From Octopus sinensis (taxonomy: Eukaryota), in assembly GCF_006345805.1 (NCBI RefSeq), contig NC_043001.1:77624001-77688000 (forward strand): a DNA stretch of 64,000 nt, in the 5' to 3' direction. Below are positions 41,527-56,454 of the stretch, piece by piece. Position numbers and translations under genes: made by a program. How positions within the stretch are numbered: position 1 is the first letter of the stretch; each line of letters begins with the position of its first letter. The notes beneath the pieces are model-generated. The model searched no databases. It saw only the letters and a program-made list of their open reading frames with translations, and was not told where the DNA came from.

Positions 41527-41930
41527 TTTTACTCTTTTACTTGTTTCAGTCATTTGACTGCGGCCATGCTGGAGCACCGCCTTTAGTCAAGCAACTCCTC
41601 GACCCCGGGACTTATTCTTTGTAAGCTCAGTACTTATTCTATCGGTCACTTTTGCCGAACCGCTAAGTAACGGGGACATAAACACACCAGCATCGATTGT
41701 CAAGCAATGCTAGAGGAACAAACACAGACACACAAACACACACACGCATATATATATATATATACATATATATACGACGGGCTTCTTTTCAGTTTCCGTC
41801 TACCAAATCCACTCACAAGGCATTGGTCGGCCCGAGGCTATAGTAGAAGACACTTGCCCAAGGTGCTGCACAGTGGGACTGAACCCGGAACCATGTGGTT
41901 GGTAAACAAGCTACTTACCACACAGCCACT
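41524..41930 (-). mobile_element. SINE family A, full length
   Basis: Colinear with 4663-5096. Confidence 0.85.
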
Positions 41931-42501
41931 ATATATTTGGCTCCGTAATATTTCCACTTCACACGCCAGCTTAACTTAACTCATCCTTTCAGTCGAAAGA
42001 CACCTGTTGTTATTCTTGTTTGTATTTCTAATCGTGTAACATTTTCGCCGTTCTCTCATTTTTTGTCCGTGTTGTCGCACATATTCGCTAGCTTTCTTCC
42101 AAAAATTTAATGCACTTAGCTTAGACTTTTGGGGCCTACGTATGTTGAACACTCTCAAGTGTAACAGGCCAAAACAGTAATGATGATTGGAAGCTTGACT
42201 GATGATTAGAAAGCAACGAATGTTTCGTCCTGGTTTTTCTGTCTGTCTTTGTATCTTTCATCTGTCCGTATGTTTTTATTGGCGTCCGTTACGTTCTTGT
42301 TCCGTTCATTGGATTTATATACATATATACATACTTACACACATACATACATACATACATACATACATACATACATACATACATACATACATACATACAC
42401 ACACACATACACATATATATATATATATATTTATAGGTGTTCCATCTTCTCCAAGCAATACTAATGTCATTATTTTTAATTATATTATTATTATTATTAT
42501 T

Positions 42502-42537
<36 letters not shown>

Positions 42538-42959
42538 AGTGCATGCCATCAAAGTGACACTGGAGTAATGTATACGAAGCCCTGTATACCGATCCGATAA
42601 GGGTACACTAGGCACATGTGTCATAACTATGTGTGAAGATAAACAGCACTTGACCATGCAGGTGTGGTTAGAATTTTCCGTTCTTTGGATTTATATACAT
42701 ATATACATATATATACCCATCCCGCCCAAAAGCTCCCTGAATACGGGTTGTTTAAGGATGTTGTATGAAACACCTATGATATTCCACCGCTACTTCTAGT
42801 GATCAGAGATGCATATATTGTTAGCCACTAAGGGACATACTCAACTGGTTAAGATCAGTCAGATAACTGACAGGCAAATCTGTGGTATTGTGCAGAATAT
42901 TTGCTGAGATACAGTTGAAGTCAATAGAAGCGTTGGTTCGTAAACTCGTAATATCTGAT

Positions 42960-43720
42960 TAACTACATTGCTTGTTTTGTTCTGGCACTTTGCATTCTGA
43001 CCTCAAATATGCAAATCATCGCCTTCACACGGGATTGATAAATACAAATATCCGTCATATACTGGGAATGATAAAATCGACCATTCTCTATTTGTCTAAT
43101 CTGAAGTCCTGTGCCTGTATTAGAAATTCGTATCTGTATCGTTCCCAAGATACCTATTATTAGAGTGTTTGTTCCCGTTGTTAAAACCAATATTCTGCAT
43201 TTCATTATTTCTATGTATTTATATTTCCATAGATATTCCATTTTCGTCTTTGAAAAATTGTCATCGCATGGAATTGATACATCGTTCAAGAGATATTTCG
43301 GTTTTTGATTGTTAATATTTTAATCTCCTTGACTGCATGAATCGGCATATTCCATTATATGCTAACTTTGCATACTTACGTATCTCCTCTATCTCTCTAT
43401 TCACCCCATACCACCACACTCTTTATTGATTTCTAAAGCAGTACGTTCATTTACATCTTACTTTTTCTTACCAAAGTGGTTAGCTATCTCTAAACTAAAA
43501 GATATTGAAAATGGTTATCTTCATTTGTTTCTTTGTATGTTTTGAACTTAGCAGCATTAATGCATGTTTTACATTGCCGAATGATATCAATATTTATGCA
43601 ATACAGTAGGATGAAAGAGATATTACCTCCATTCAGGTACGTTTACATATCATGTCCACTGTACATCAACATGATGACTTAATTCGCCAGTATCTTTATA
43701 CAAGACAAGCTGAATACAAA
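42960..43720 (-). mobile_element. Decayed R4/Dong-type LINE 3' region
   Basis: LNDVSIPCDDNFSKTKMEYLWKYKYIEI...LIIGILGTI (RLE domain). Confidence 0.65.
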
Positions 43721-44221
43721 TAGCAAATGTAACATTCATATGTTAGAGGCACTTTATGTCCTTGTGGAACATATAAAAATCGTAGAGTGATAATAACTCA
43801 ACGTGGCACCTACTTACTGCTGGATAAATCATATCTCATTCTAATATCTACATAGATTCGGACAATTGTACTTTACTGTTAGATGTACCGTAAGTCCGAG
43901 AATCTGTATATTATTATGGCACCGATGGAAGCTTGTAAAGGTGCATGGCTTGCGGTTAAGGTGTTGCACTGACGATCGAATCCCCAGACTGGATAGTGTT
44001 CTTGAGCAAAAAATTTCATTTCACGCACACTTCGGCACCTGATTTGTGGAATAAGCGTGCTACACGTCAAATCCAGAGGTAATATCGCATTGACGGAAGC
44101 AGTGAGTTAATATTCAGTACAAATATTTGATCAGTAAGAAGCTGTGGAAATCTCATCTGTTGATTACGACAAGGGACTTCACAATATATATACTTGCCTA
44201 TAATTATAGCAATATAGACCT

Positions 44222-44432
44222 CAGGCGAGCTGCCAGAATCGTTAGCACGCTGGGAAAAATGCTTAGCGGTATTTCGTCCGTCTTTACGCTCTGAGTTCAA
44301 ATTCTACCGAGGTCGACTTAGCCTTTCATTCTTTCGGGAGCAATGAAATAAGTACCAGTTATGTACTGGGGTCCATATAATAGACTAGTCTCCTCTCCCA
44401 AAGTTCCAGGCCTTGTGCCTTCAGTAGAAAGG
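44222..44432 (+). mobile_element. SINE family B with (ATT)n tail
   Basis: GGCGAGCTGCCAGAATCGTTAGCACG...GAGTTCAAATTC...AGTAGAAAGG, then (ATT)n. Confidence 0.85.
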
Positions 44433-44513
<81 letters not shown>

Positions 44514-46065
44514 GTTATTACTATAGTATTTTTACATACTTCATTCGTGTTGCTCTGTTTTGTTTTTCTCGGCATTCAGCCCTTGCAGTAATCACCTCAG
44601 TCAATCCTTCTCACATAAAAGTTAATTTTACGAAATTGTTCAATCTCACCAGTCATCAATTCACAAATATTCACCCTAAATATCAGCTGTATCAATCATA
44701 ACAGTATCAGAATCCTTGGGAGCTTCATAGGCTATACGGCAGGCCGATTCTCTAATCACTCACTTAGGTCTGTCATAAGCCCTGGGAGCGATTATGCTGG
44801 AACAATATAGGTTGAACGACATAACTGACAAAGATAACATTCTCCCTCACTGAAGGGGATGCCGTTTCGTTGCCATGCTATCTTTCTAGCTATTGCTGGA
44901 ACAGACTTATAGTCGAGTGGGCTGGAACAATGTCAAATGAAATGTTTTAGTCAAAAACACAACACACTGCTCAGTCCGGGAATCGAAAGAAAGATCTCGA
45001 CCGTGAGTGCAATACAGTAGCGATGGACGTTTCGTCACAACTGTTATGGCGCGGCCATTTTGGTATTGCTGAATCAACGCTGACAACCAGAAATTTCAAT
45101 GTTTCTGCAGCTTTACTGTTTCCTTCGCTCTTTTCTATTCTCCCTCGCTCTTATCTTAACCTTCATTTCTCCTTCTCCTTCTGTGCGTCTGTCTATAAGT
45201 ATATTTCTATTTATACGGTGTAAGGAGAGAAAAAAACTGTGTCTAAGCCAATTTTATTCAGTTAAGAAGTTGTAATGTCATTCCCTACTCTACATTTTCT
45301 CTCTCATCCTATTCATATGCGTATAATTCTGGTTGCGTATCTGTGTTTGTCTCCAGGGCCAAAAAGTACTGACTAACACTAAGACAGGTCCAGGCTCCTG
45401 TCAGGCGTGCCAAATCGTCAAAGTCCAAATAGCAGCGCAGAACAGACTGATTAGGCTGTATTTACTACACCATGCGCCACTCACGTATTCACTCACATAT
45501 GACGAAAAGAGATCTACCCCATAAAACCCTTACGTATAATCATATTTGTCGAGTACCGGCAGTGGAAAAATAAAGGTGCGGTTACTCAGATGTTCTGTTG
45601 GTTCAGCAGATGTAAATTTCTTGATTGAATTCGATCCCTTATCTGTTGGAAGGGTCACTTGAACTGTTTCTAGTGATTTCCCCTCTCTACCAGGTTTGTG
45701 TGTCAACGTAAATGTGTGATTGTGTATCGTGTGGCTGTGCGTAAATAAATGTGTATCTAAAGATACTCGGTCGAAAATGTTAGGCAATACCAAGGATTCA
45801 ACGAACAAAGTGATTTTCAGTCAATATAGAATGGCAATGATTGGCTGTAAATCTCCATCAATCGACAAACCTCGATCTAAGTAACTGCGCCAACATTTTA
45901 TCCATGCTGAAAGTAAATTATATAGAAAGACTCCAGCTAATGGACTGTCACAGTGAATTCAAATGACAGCCGATCAATTACAGCTCCATATAGATACATA
46001 TACACATAGACACACACTCAAACTCACACACAACACAACCGTACAGAAACACACACACAGACAGC

Positions 46066-46097
<32 letters not shown>

Positions 46098-46176
46098 TAT
46101 ATATATATATATGTATATATCTTACATGGAAGCTTAAAAACACTATCTGTATCGCTCCCTATATATACACGCACAT

Positions 46177-46221
<45 letters not shown>

Positions 46222-46424
46222 ATATTAGAGAGAGTGAAGGGAGACTTAAATAGAGAGAAAGAGAGAGGCAAGAGTGAGTGGGAATAAAACATAGAACACC
46301 AGAGATATATATAAATATATATATATATATATGTGTGTGGTGTGTGTATATATGTGTGCATGTATATGTATATATATGTATATATAGTTGTATATAATAT
46401 GTATAATATATATATATATATATG

Positions 46425-46506
<82 letters not shown>

Positions 46507-46767
46507 TTATACACATATATGTGTATGTATGGATATATGAATGCATGGATGTATGGTGTGTGTGTGGGTGTGTTATTTAGTTCTCTGCGCAAGTGCCTTC
46601 AAAGTCGTATAGCCATGCGTATCGTGATTCAATATATTCCCATACTGCTCCTATAAGTTATTGGTAAACATATATACGAAAATACATATAAGTTATACAT
46701 GTACACACACATATACATACACAGATATGTGTGTGCATCTCTTGTGGATGTATGCACTAAAATACTC

Positions 46768-46839
<72 letters not shown>

Positions 46840-46840
46840 G

Positions 46841-46895
<55 letters not shown>

Positions 46896-47218
46896 CTTTC
46901 TAATATTATCATCCTATGTCATCTTTTCTTTCTTTCTGTCTTTCATTCTTTCTTTCTGTCGTTCTTTTTTTCTCTCACTCTCTTTCTATCTCTATGTATG
47001 TATGTATGAAAAATTTAACTCAGAATCGCCTTATATGAAGTTTCAAAAAGTGTGATAAACATTCATGGCCGTTAAGACACTTGGTTCTGAACATTATTGC
47101 ATTCTAAGTCTGGTGCCATTGGGTAATGAACGCTACTTCTCATTGGTTTATTTATACTGAGTGGTAGGATTAATAGAAGTCAAATGCTTCAGACTGTCTG
47201 CGAATAGGGGCTCCTACA

Positions 47219-47282
<64 letters not shown>

Positions 47283-47369
47283 GTCTGCCTGCCTGTCTGT
47301 CTGTATGTCTGCCGGTCTGTCTGTCTGTCGTTCTGTCTGGCTATCTATCTAGCTATATCTATCTATCTA

Positions 47370-47440
<71 letters not shown>

Positions 47441-47669
47441 TTATCTGTCTGTCTGCCAGTCGTCTGTCTGTCTCTCTGTCTGTCTCTCTTAGTATCTATC
47501 TATCTTCCGAGCTAGCTAGCTGTCTGTCTATCTGTCTGTCCGTATGTGTCTGTCTCTCCGTATCTGTCTCTCTGTGTGTCTGTCTGTCTGACTCTCTCTC
47601 TCTCTCTCTTTTATCTATCTATCAATCTATTTGTCTCACTGCCGGTATGTCAATCTATGTCTTGTCTCG

Positions 47670-47990
47670 TATTTCTAGACGGTCAAATATCCAATTTTAG
47701 GGATTGAAAGTTATACCAGCACCTGATTTGATGCCAATGGATAGTACCAAGCATCCGTTTCTCTCTGTCCAGAATAAGAATCCAACATTGCAACAAATGA
47801 CGGTTCAAAGCCCACACAATTTTTCAGTAACTTGCCAAAAAGCCTCAGAGACGTGTGAGTTGGAAATATGGATGTGTTCAAAGATCAATTAAACACATTT
47901 AGCCGATGTAGCAAGCGAATACACGCCGCGCCAAATAGCGAGAAGGGCAGTTCCGTTCAGGTCATTGTTTCACTGTGACTGACTACGGAC
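47670..47990 (+). mobile_element. CR1/L2-group LINE 3' fragment
   Basis: Broken frames give QFFSNLPKSLRDV...NMDVFKDQLNTF, typical of a CR1-group ORF2 C-terminus. Confidence 0.55.
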
Positions 47991-48238
47991 ACATACCAGA
48001 AAGTGAGTCTAAAGTAAACACGCATTAGCCTTACTGGTACTGCACTAGCATGGCCACAGGTCCTGGCCGAAACCAATAATAGAATGTATATATGCATATA
48101 TACGTACATACACAAAAGAGGACCTATATATTTATATATATATATGTATATTTGCATATGCATATATATATATATGTGTGTGTGTGAGTATACATACAAA
48201 TATACACACACATATACATATATGCATATATATATATT

Positions 48239-48288
<50 letters not shown>

Positions 48289-48300
48289 TATATATGCATG

Positions 48301-48332
<32 letters not shown>

Positions 48333-49110
48333 AGTGTGTGAGGAGTGTGTGTGTATGTAAATACATATATATATATAAACATATATACATGTATATACAA
48401 ATACACGCGCGCGCACTTACACACATTCACAAACGCACACACACACACACACACACACGCATGTATATATACATATACTTACACACAGACAAACACAATG
48501 TCACATAGTCACGTACATAGATATTTATATATATTAAGCCACGGATGGCGATCTGCCAGAATTATTTAAAGTCCTGTAGATAAGGTTCTAACCATTCTAC
48601 TAAACTGGAAAAACATAAAATGATAAACTAATTTGTAAGAGATTGTCCAATGGGAATGAGGGTCATCGCTTGTTCTATTCTTAGAACAGGAGAGATAATG
48701 TTTTCTTAATTTAGTGAGACAGGTAATACTGATGTGGCATGTAACTATATTTATAGGTGAGAGGTGCCTGGCCATTACAATTCACGGCTTATATTTGTTG
48801 TACGTAGTCTACTGACAGGTATATAGATACGCATACACATATACAAGCATGCATAAAGGTATACACACGTTAGTACCTATATATATATATATATATATAT
48901 ATATGACTTTCTCACTTCCCGAGCTTTAAACTAATACATCTGTTTGTTGTTTACACACCCGTCTTCGTCTTTTGTCTTTTTTTGTAAATTCTAACTACAT
49001 ACACACACACATATATATATATATATATATGCGCATATATACACATTTATGCACATATAATTTCCCTTTCGTTCAGGATATGTGTGTGCGAGTGTTTATA
49101 TATGAATATC

Positions 49111-49202
<92 letters not shown>

Positions 49203-50053
49203 GACTGTCTGTCTGACTGACTAATTGTCTGTCTTTCTTTCTAGCTAGCTAGCAAGCGATCAATCCATTTATTTATCTAGCTACCTGGCCGAGTAACTAT
49301 TTTTATATCGATCTCTGCATATATTAATGTACCTATATATTTTGGGGTGCTTTTCTTTACATCCTTTTCTTGTTCTGAAACCTACATGATGTCGTCGTCG
49401 GTTAACTCAAACTACAGTGTTTCCTGTGACCCCCTTATTACAACTCTCTCACCCCATTCTGTTATTATCTGTCAGTTCTGTAGCCCAATTCTTCATTTAA
49501 TCTATCTCTCAACTCTTTAAGCAAGTCACATGTTTTTTTTCATTTCGAAAGAATATGATTTTATTTTATTTCTCTTTCGAAAAGTCTCTGACTGAAACTT
49601 CACAGCAAACAAATTTAAACAATTCACAAGAAGAATACTTGTGGGTTTATAAAATCATATTTGTTTGAATGAGAGCGCAATAATCTTAAAATCTTCTGAA
49701 GTTTGTAATATCTGCCACAACTTTAAAAATGAAATGTTTACAAGAGTCTCAAATGAAGGAAAGGCGAAATGCAAAAGGGGGAACGGAACGTATCAGAAGA
49801 CATCCTACACGGTAAGATGTGTTTTGAGGTGGTTTATGGTCAGGGGGCTCTGTTTATAGTTAGCTAGCATGCACAAATCTATGCCACGGAATGTCCTGAA
49901 GTCTTCATTTTGGGAGTTGAGGCAGCTAATAGTGTCTTTGAAGTACTTTGCCAATTTTGTGCCTCGTGAGTGAGGCGATATCTCCACTTCTTGGTTCAGT
50001 TAAGTATGTACGTGTATATATATGTATATATACATACACACACACACACACAC

Positions 50054-50092
<39 letters not shown>

Positions 50093-50094
50093 AG

Positions 50095-50133
<39 letters not shown>

Positions 50134-50529
50134 AAACGTGTGGGTGAAATTTGTATAGCTATTTCATTGTCTCATACAATAGAGCCATTCTGCGGGAAAG
50201 TTACTAGTGCGTTAACCAGCGACTGAAAGCCTGTTTCAAAATATCTGTGTGCAGGAACAGAATGAAGATTTGCATGAGAGAAACAATATTTCCCGACGGT
50301 TCCTCTCCATACATCGCAGCGTGCAGTATGTTTAATGATCAAGCAGTTGCGTGGTGGTGCATAGCAATAATGAAGCGAGGGAACTGTGGTCCGACTACCT
50401 GTGTACCGTGATGCCGTCTGACCATAGTTGACTTGGAGTTTCTCGTCAATAGATAATTTTTGTTCGGTTACTAAAACGGGCATTTGTCCGAGTCAACATT
50501 CAACTAATAGAGAACAGTTATAAACAGTA

Positions 50530-50792
50530 TTCTTTTATTCTATTACTTGTTTCAGTCTTTTGACTGCGGCCATGCTGGAGCAACGTTGTGAGTCGAGCAA
50601 ATCGACCCCTGGACCCCTGGACCCCTGGACTTATTCTTTGTAAGCCGAGTGCTTATTCTATCGGTCTATTTTGCCGAACCGTTAAGTTACGGGGACGTAA
50701 ACACACCGGAATCGGTTGTCAAATGATGTTGGCGAGACAAACAGAGATACACAAACATACGCACGCACACACATAACACACACACACACGCA

Positions 50793-50843
<51 letters not shown>

Positions 50844-51030
50844 GATATATTATATTATATATATATCTATATATATATATATATCTATATATATACGACA
50901 GGCTTCTTCAGTCCGTCTACCAAATCCACTAGGCTATAGTAAAAGATACTTGCCCAAGGTACCACGCAGTGGGACTGGAACCCGGAACCATGTGATTGGT
51001 AAGCAAGCTACTTCCGCACAGCCACTCATG
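50530..51030 (-). mobile_element. SINE family A
   Basis: Both halves present, with an expanded internal microsatellite. Confidence 0.8.
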
Positions 51031-52847
51031 TGTCTATATGTTCACGGGTGGGATGTCTTTAGTTATATGTCAACTTAACATTGCTATCCCCAATAGCAGC
51101 AGGTCAGCTGTAAGGCGGCTCTATTTGATCACTCTACTGGCTAGAGATAGTAGCCAAATATCCTTGAAAGAACACCTTATTAAGCTGACGTTCTATTTGT
51201 TTAATGGAGTGCAATGTTAGAAATATAATGCTACAGAAATGATACCAGTTTTATGGCTAGAAGGAATTTAATCGCGGACCTGTTCAAGTCAACAACAATA
51301 ATTATAGGAGCAGTAATCATGAAACAACAAGGCAGCCAGTGTGTGGTTATTCGACCTTGTAGATACAATAGCCAAATCACACTCCTGTCATATTCTACAA
51401 AATGCAAAATAGACAACAGATAAACTGATTCTTAATGCATTGTAGCTGAACACAAATTATAAAATTACCTGCTTCAAGAAATGTGGCAAGCAAGTTGGTA
51501 GATTCATTAGCACGTCGGACAAAATATTAGCGGCATTTCTTCAGGCACTTTACATTTTGAAATCAGATGCGGCCGAGGTCAAATTCTCGTTTCGGGGCGA
51601 TAAATTGAAGTACCAGCCATGTACTGATACGGTGTAATCGCATAACCCCATTCTGCCAAACGTTTGAAGTTTTGTTTAAACTAGAAATAATCATTTACAA
51701 TTTATGCACGCGTGCACGTGTGTGTGTGTGTGCGTGTGTGTGTGTGTTTGTGTGAGTGTGATGCGTAGAGGAGCGTACGTCTCTGCTGAACTTTACTTAA
51801 ATCGTTTCAATGTCGATGAAATACGTAACAACCATATACTTGGGTCAATGTAATCGATTTAGCACCTGCCATAAAATTGCTGGGTTTGTAATCAAATTTG
51901 AAACCGTCTGTCTTCTTGGAGAAATTTCTCCAGAGGCTAAATTAAAACATCTTCTCATCCGCATGGTGACAAATTCAACAATGAGCATTCAAACCAAAGC
52001 AAACCAAACCACCGTTACAAATCACCAAATCCACCATGATCAAGTCCATCACTGCTGTCAGCGTCATTAACACGAACAGAAAGAATATACTAACAATTGT
52101 AACATCACCAGTAGCACAACGTCCGCCTTCTGAAACCACCACCACCACCACCTCCACCAACAGCAACAACAACAATACAAAGTACAACCACAACTGCAAC
52201 AGTGAGGGCGACGAGTGAGCTTTAGAAACAAACACAAAAGGAATTAATGTAGGCAGAATCCAGAGAATAACCTAAACATACGCGCTACGAAAGAAAACAA
52301 CAACAACGAAAAACAACAAGAGAAAACAAAATAAAAGCAAAAACCAAGGCAAACAACAGCAAAAAGACAAAAATAGGATGGCAAGAAGAGAATAAATAAA
52401 ATAAAACAAAAAACCAAAAGAATTCTACTTCCGGTGTGTTTCCTTATAATTCTGGTGATGTGACTAATCTTATTTATTCAACAAGACTTTAAAAGATGTG
52501 TGAAATCTTAACGCTCATTTTCGCGTAAAGTTAACTATTGACTTTACCGCCATATTGGTTCACACATTCTGTATGTGTAGTTACGTTATGTATACAAACA
52601 CAGACTCACAGTAACACGCACACGGACTCACACACACACACGCGCAAGGAAACAAACACACATTCTACTTGTCTCTCCTTCTCTCAAAAACATAGAGTCT
52701 TATATATGTATTAGAATGTGTGTATTTGCATATCAGTTCAATGTGTATGCACGCCCCACAAGTTTAATCCCGAACACAGAGTCGTCAAGGTTTTAGTCTT
52801 ACATACTTGAAAGAAAGAATATATACGCATCTATCTATCTATCTATC

Positions 52848-52926
<79 letters not shown>

Positions 52927-53223
52927 CTATCCGTCTGTCTGTCTGTCTGTGTGTGCATGCGTATAATGTATGCATATATATATATATATACATACATAAA
53001 TATACCTATATATATATATACACACATACATACAAAAACACGTACACACACATATACACACATATATACGCTTAGGGAAAGAGGGACAGGGAGACGTGTG
53101 GGGATATGTCTGAGAGTGTACTTGTACATGTTTATTTTGATCTATTTTCTCTCCGTTAATACGAGAATACATGGGGGCATCAGTTGATGGTTGACGTCGA
53201 TATGTATATATATATATATATAC

Positions 53224-53269
<46 letters not shown>

Positions 53270-53278
<9 letters not shown>

Positions 53279-53490
53279 TTGTGTGTGTTTGTCCCCCTAG
53301 CCCCCTTGACAACCGATGCTGGTGTGTTTACGTCCCCGTCACTTAGCGGTTCGGCAAAAGAGACCGATAGAATAAGTACTGGGCTTACAAAGAATAAGTC
53401 CCGGGGTCGATTTGCTCGACTAAAGGCAGTGCTTCCATATGGCCGCAGTAAAATGACTGAAACAAGTAAAAGAGTAAAAGGTAAAAGAGT
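53270..53490 (+). mobile_element. SINE family A, 3' half
   Basis: TTGACAACCGATGCTGGTGTGTTTACGTCCCCG...TGACTGAAACAAGTAAAAGAG. Confidence 0.85.
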
Positions 53491-53525
53491 ATATATATAT
53501 ATATATATATCATATATCTTATATA

Positions 53526-53569
<44 letters not shown>

Positions 53570-53971
53570 TATATATTGTGTGTGTATATATAATATAATT
53601 ATATATATGTGTGTGTGTGTGTGTGTATGTATACACATACACTCACGCACGAATACATACACACATAGACATGTACGCACATACAGATTCATATATATAT
53701 ATATGAGTCTATGTCTGAATGTACGTACATGTCTATGTGTGTGTGTGGGGGGGTGAGAGAGAGAGAGAGAATGGCAGAGAATGTAGCATTCACTCTTATT
53801 TACTTGTCAGTCAGTCATTACTTGCACCGTTCCTTCCGTTCTACCGGAAACACACCGATGTCCATTACTAATCACTTCGTTAAATGTTTTATTCTTGTTA
53901 TACTCAGGGAGCATTCTCTATGTATGTTTGTATGTATGTATGATGTATGCATGTATCTATCTGTCTGTTCC

Positions 53972-54034
<63 letters not shown>

Positions 54035-54143
54035 CTATCGACTATATCATATAAAGTTAATGCAAATATGAAAACACAACAACGCGAGTACGTGGAACAA
54101 GTATAGTATTATTGGACGCTAAGGAAAGAAGGAAAGAAGGGGA

Positions 54144-54178
54144 GTTTAACGTTTCGAGCGAAGCTCTTCGTCAGAAAC
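54144..54178 (-). ncRNA. Minimal hammerhead ribozyme-like motif
   Basis: Minus strand GTTT-CTGACGA-A-GAGC(TTC)GCTC-GAAA-CGTT-AAAC. Confidence 0.65.
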
Positions 54179-54259
54179 ATAAGAAAAGGAACCGTGTATA
54201 TCTGGTTCTCTGCGTCCAGGTTTTGGTTGTTTGCAAACACACATACATAAATATATATA

Positions 54260-54460
54260 ATCTTTTATTTGTTTCACTCATTTGAATGCAACCATGCTGG
54301 AGCATCGCGTTTAGTCAAAGAAATTGACCCCATGACTTGTTCTTTGTATGCGTAGTACCTATTTTAACGGATCTTTTGCCGAACCGCTAAGTTACGGGGA
54401 CATAAACACACAAACATCGGTTGTCAAGCGACGGTGGTAGACGAGCACAGACACAAAAAC
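54260..54460 (-). mobile_element. SINE family A, 3' half
   Basis: CCATGCTGGAGCA...GCCGAACCGCTAAGTTACGGGGAC. Confidence 0.75.
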
Positions 54461-54641
54461 GCATATATATATATATATACACACACATACACACACACGC
54501 ATACGCACACACGCACTTTCTCTCGCATTTTGTTTCCCCTCCTTTCTTCTTTGTCTATGTATTTATCTGTGTATGTATATATGTATATGTATACCTATAT
54601 TTATGCATAGACATATGTATGTAGGTATATTTCTATATCTA

Positions 54642-54684
<43 letters not shown>

Positions 54685-54957
54685 ATAGATGTACACACAC
54701 ATATATTTATATATATATGCATACATATATATTCGTATATACATATATACACACGTAAATAGGCCCACATTTGAGCGTGTGTATATATGAATAATCATGA
54801 ATGCTTGATATCAATAGAATTCTTGAAAGACATAGTAGTAGTAGTAGTAGTAGTAGTTGTAATTAGAAGTAGTAGTAGTAGTAGTAGTAGAAGCTTAAGT
54901 AGTAGACGTAGTTGCTGTTGTAGTTGCAATAAATAATAGTAGTAGCAGATGTAGTAA

Positions 54958-54995
<38 letters not shown>

Positions 54996-54998
54996 ATA

Positions 54999-55058
<60 letters not shown>

Positions 55059-56454
55059 GAGGAGCTGGAGGAGCGCCAGCAGAAGTAATAGCAGCAGTAA
55101 TTGTGTATTTTGAGGTAGTGATGGAGATGTTTTTTTTTTTCACTGACAGCTAAATTCTGGTGATGCTGTTTGTGGCAGTGTGAATTATGTTGGTGTTAAT
55201 AATGTACTACTGCCGGTCCGGATGACCAGATATTCAGGAATTTTTCTTAAGAAATGAAGAAAATCAGCAACAAAAGCGCGAAAATAATCAAAAACCAGTC
55301 ATAGAGGCTGTTAGGAATTCTAAGCCAATGATTTTTATTTGGTGAATTCTAAGCCAATGATTTTTATTTGGTGAAGATAAAAGTGCACAAGCCGAAAAAG
55401 GTAAATGAACTCATTATTGATTAAATAATTCCTATTGAATTCACGTTTGTATGCAGGTAAAAATTAGTGTCTTTTTTTTAAAGTTCCATTGACGTCCAAA
55501 ATATCGCATTGTATATCTTGAAGGACTTAGTTGATCAAATCTTCGCAAGTACTTATTTCTATGTTTGGTACTTTACTCTGCCGAAACGTTGCATCTGCCG
55601 AAACGCTGGTGTTACTAAGGGGTCGTAAACAAAGAATCACCGGTTCTCGAACGGCGGCAAGGGAGATACATACCACACACACAGACACACGTGTCTGTTT
55701 ATTTGCTTATGTATTTGTCTGTCTGGTTCTCTCTCTATCTATGTATTTAAATGATAAAATGTCAGGAGGTATGTGAGTAAAAATATTTGTTTAACCACTT
55801 ACTATCCTTAGGTTAAAAGCTGTTTCGCAGCCTTCATCATATAATGTTAATTTCGTTGCATAATGAATTATTTTATATGTCTGCACTACTATGCACGTTA
55901 TGCATAGTACAACACAATTGCATTTCTAAAACAACTGATGATGAAGAAAGTTAGCCTATGCTATCACCAGAAATTCATGATTGCAACAATGTTCCAACTG
56001 TGGAACAGCCGTAATCATAAGAATAACAAGTGGTTAAATAAATATATCACCTCCCATACATTCCGATCTTTTCTGATTTATATACTCCATATGAAGTAAG
56101 TTCGTGGATCGAATCTCCTAGATTTCAGCTGTATAGAACTTTTAAAATACTGAGGAACAGCTCAGTACCATGATATAGATCAAATGTACATGTAGTAAGA
56201 TATTAGCTGACGTGTAAGACGTTTGTACATTTACGACCCCTATCCATGCACAGAATAAACAGAATGCACATTCCTCTTTACAAAACAAATTATGTAGCTT
56301 TGTCTGTCAGGTAATTCTATGTTCGTTATCCGTAATATTTTACCTTCCAGTGCATAGCTACATTTATAGCAATACAGAATGAACGAAACCGTGTTCTCTC
56401 TATTGAAGTTACGGTTGAAGCGATCGAAGCAGAATGTCCTCAGTTAAAAATCTT

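Noticed and set aside
51934-52235. T/N-rich ORFs as a terminal exon
   Set aside because: Several short overlapping frames, none recognisable; the best acceptor does not lead into the MIKS...EGDE frame.
55315-55372. 29-bp tandem duplication as a CRISPR-like or regulatory array
   Set aside because: Only two adjacent copies, no spacers, eukaryotic context; simple slippage.
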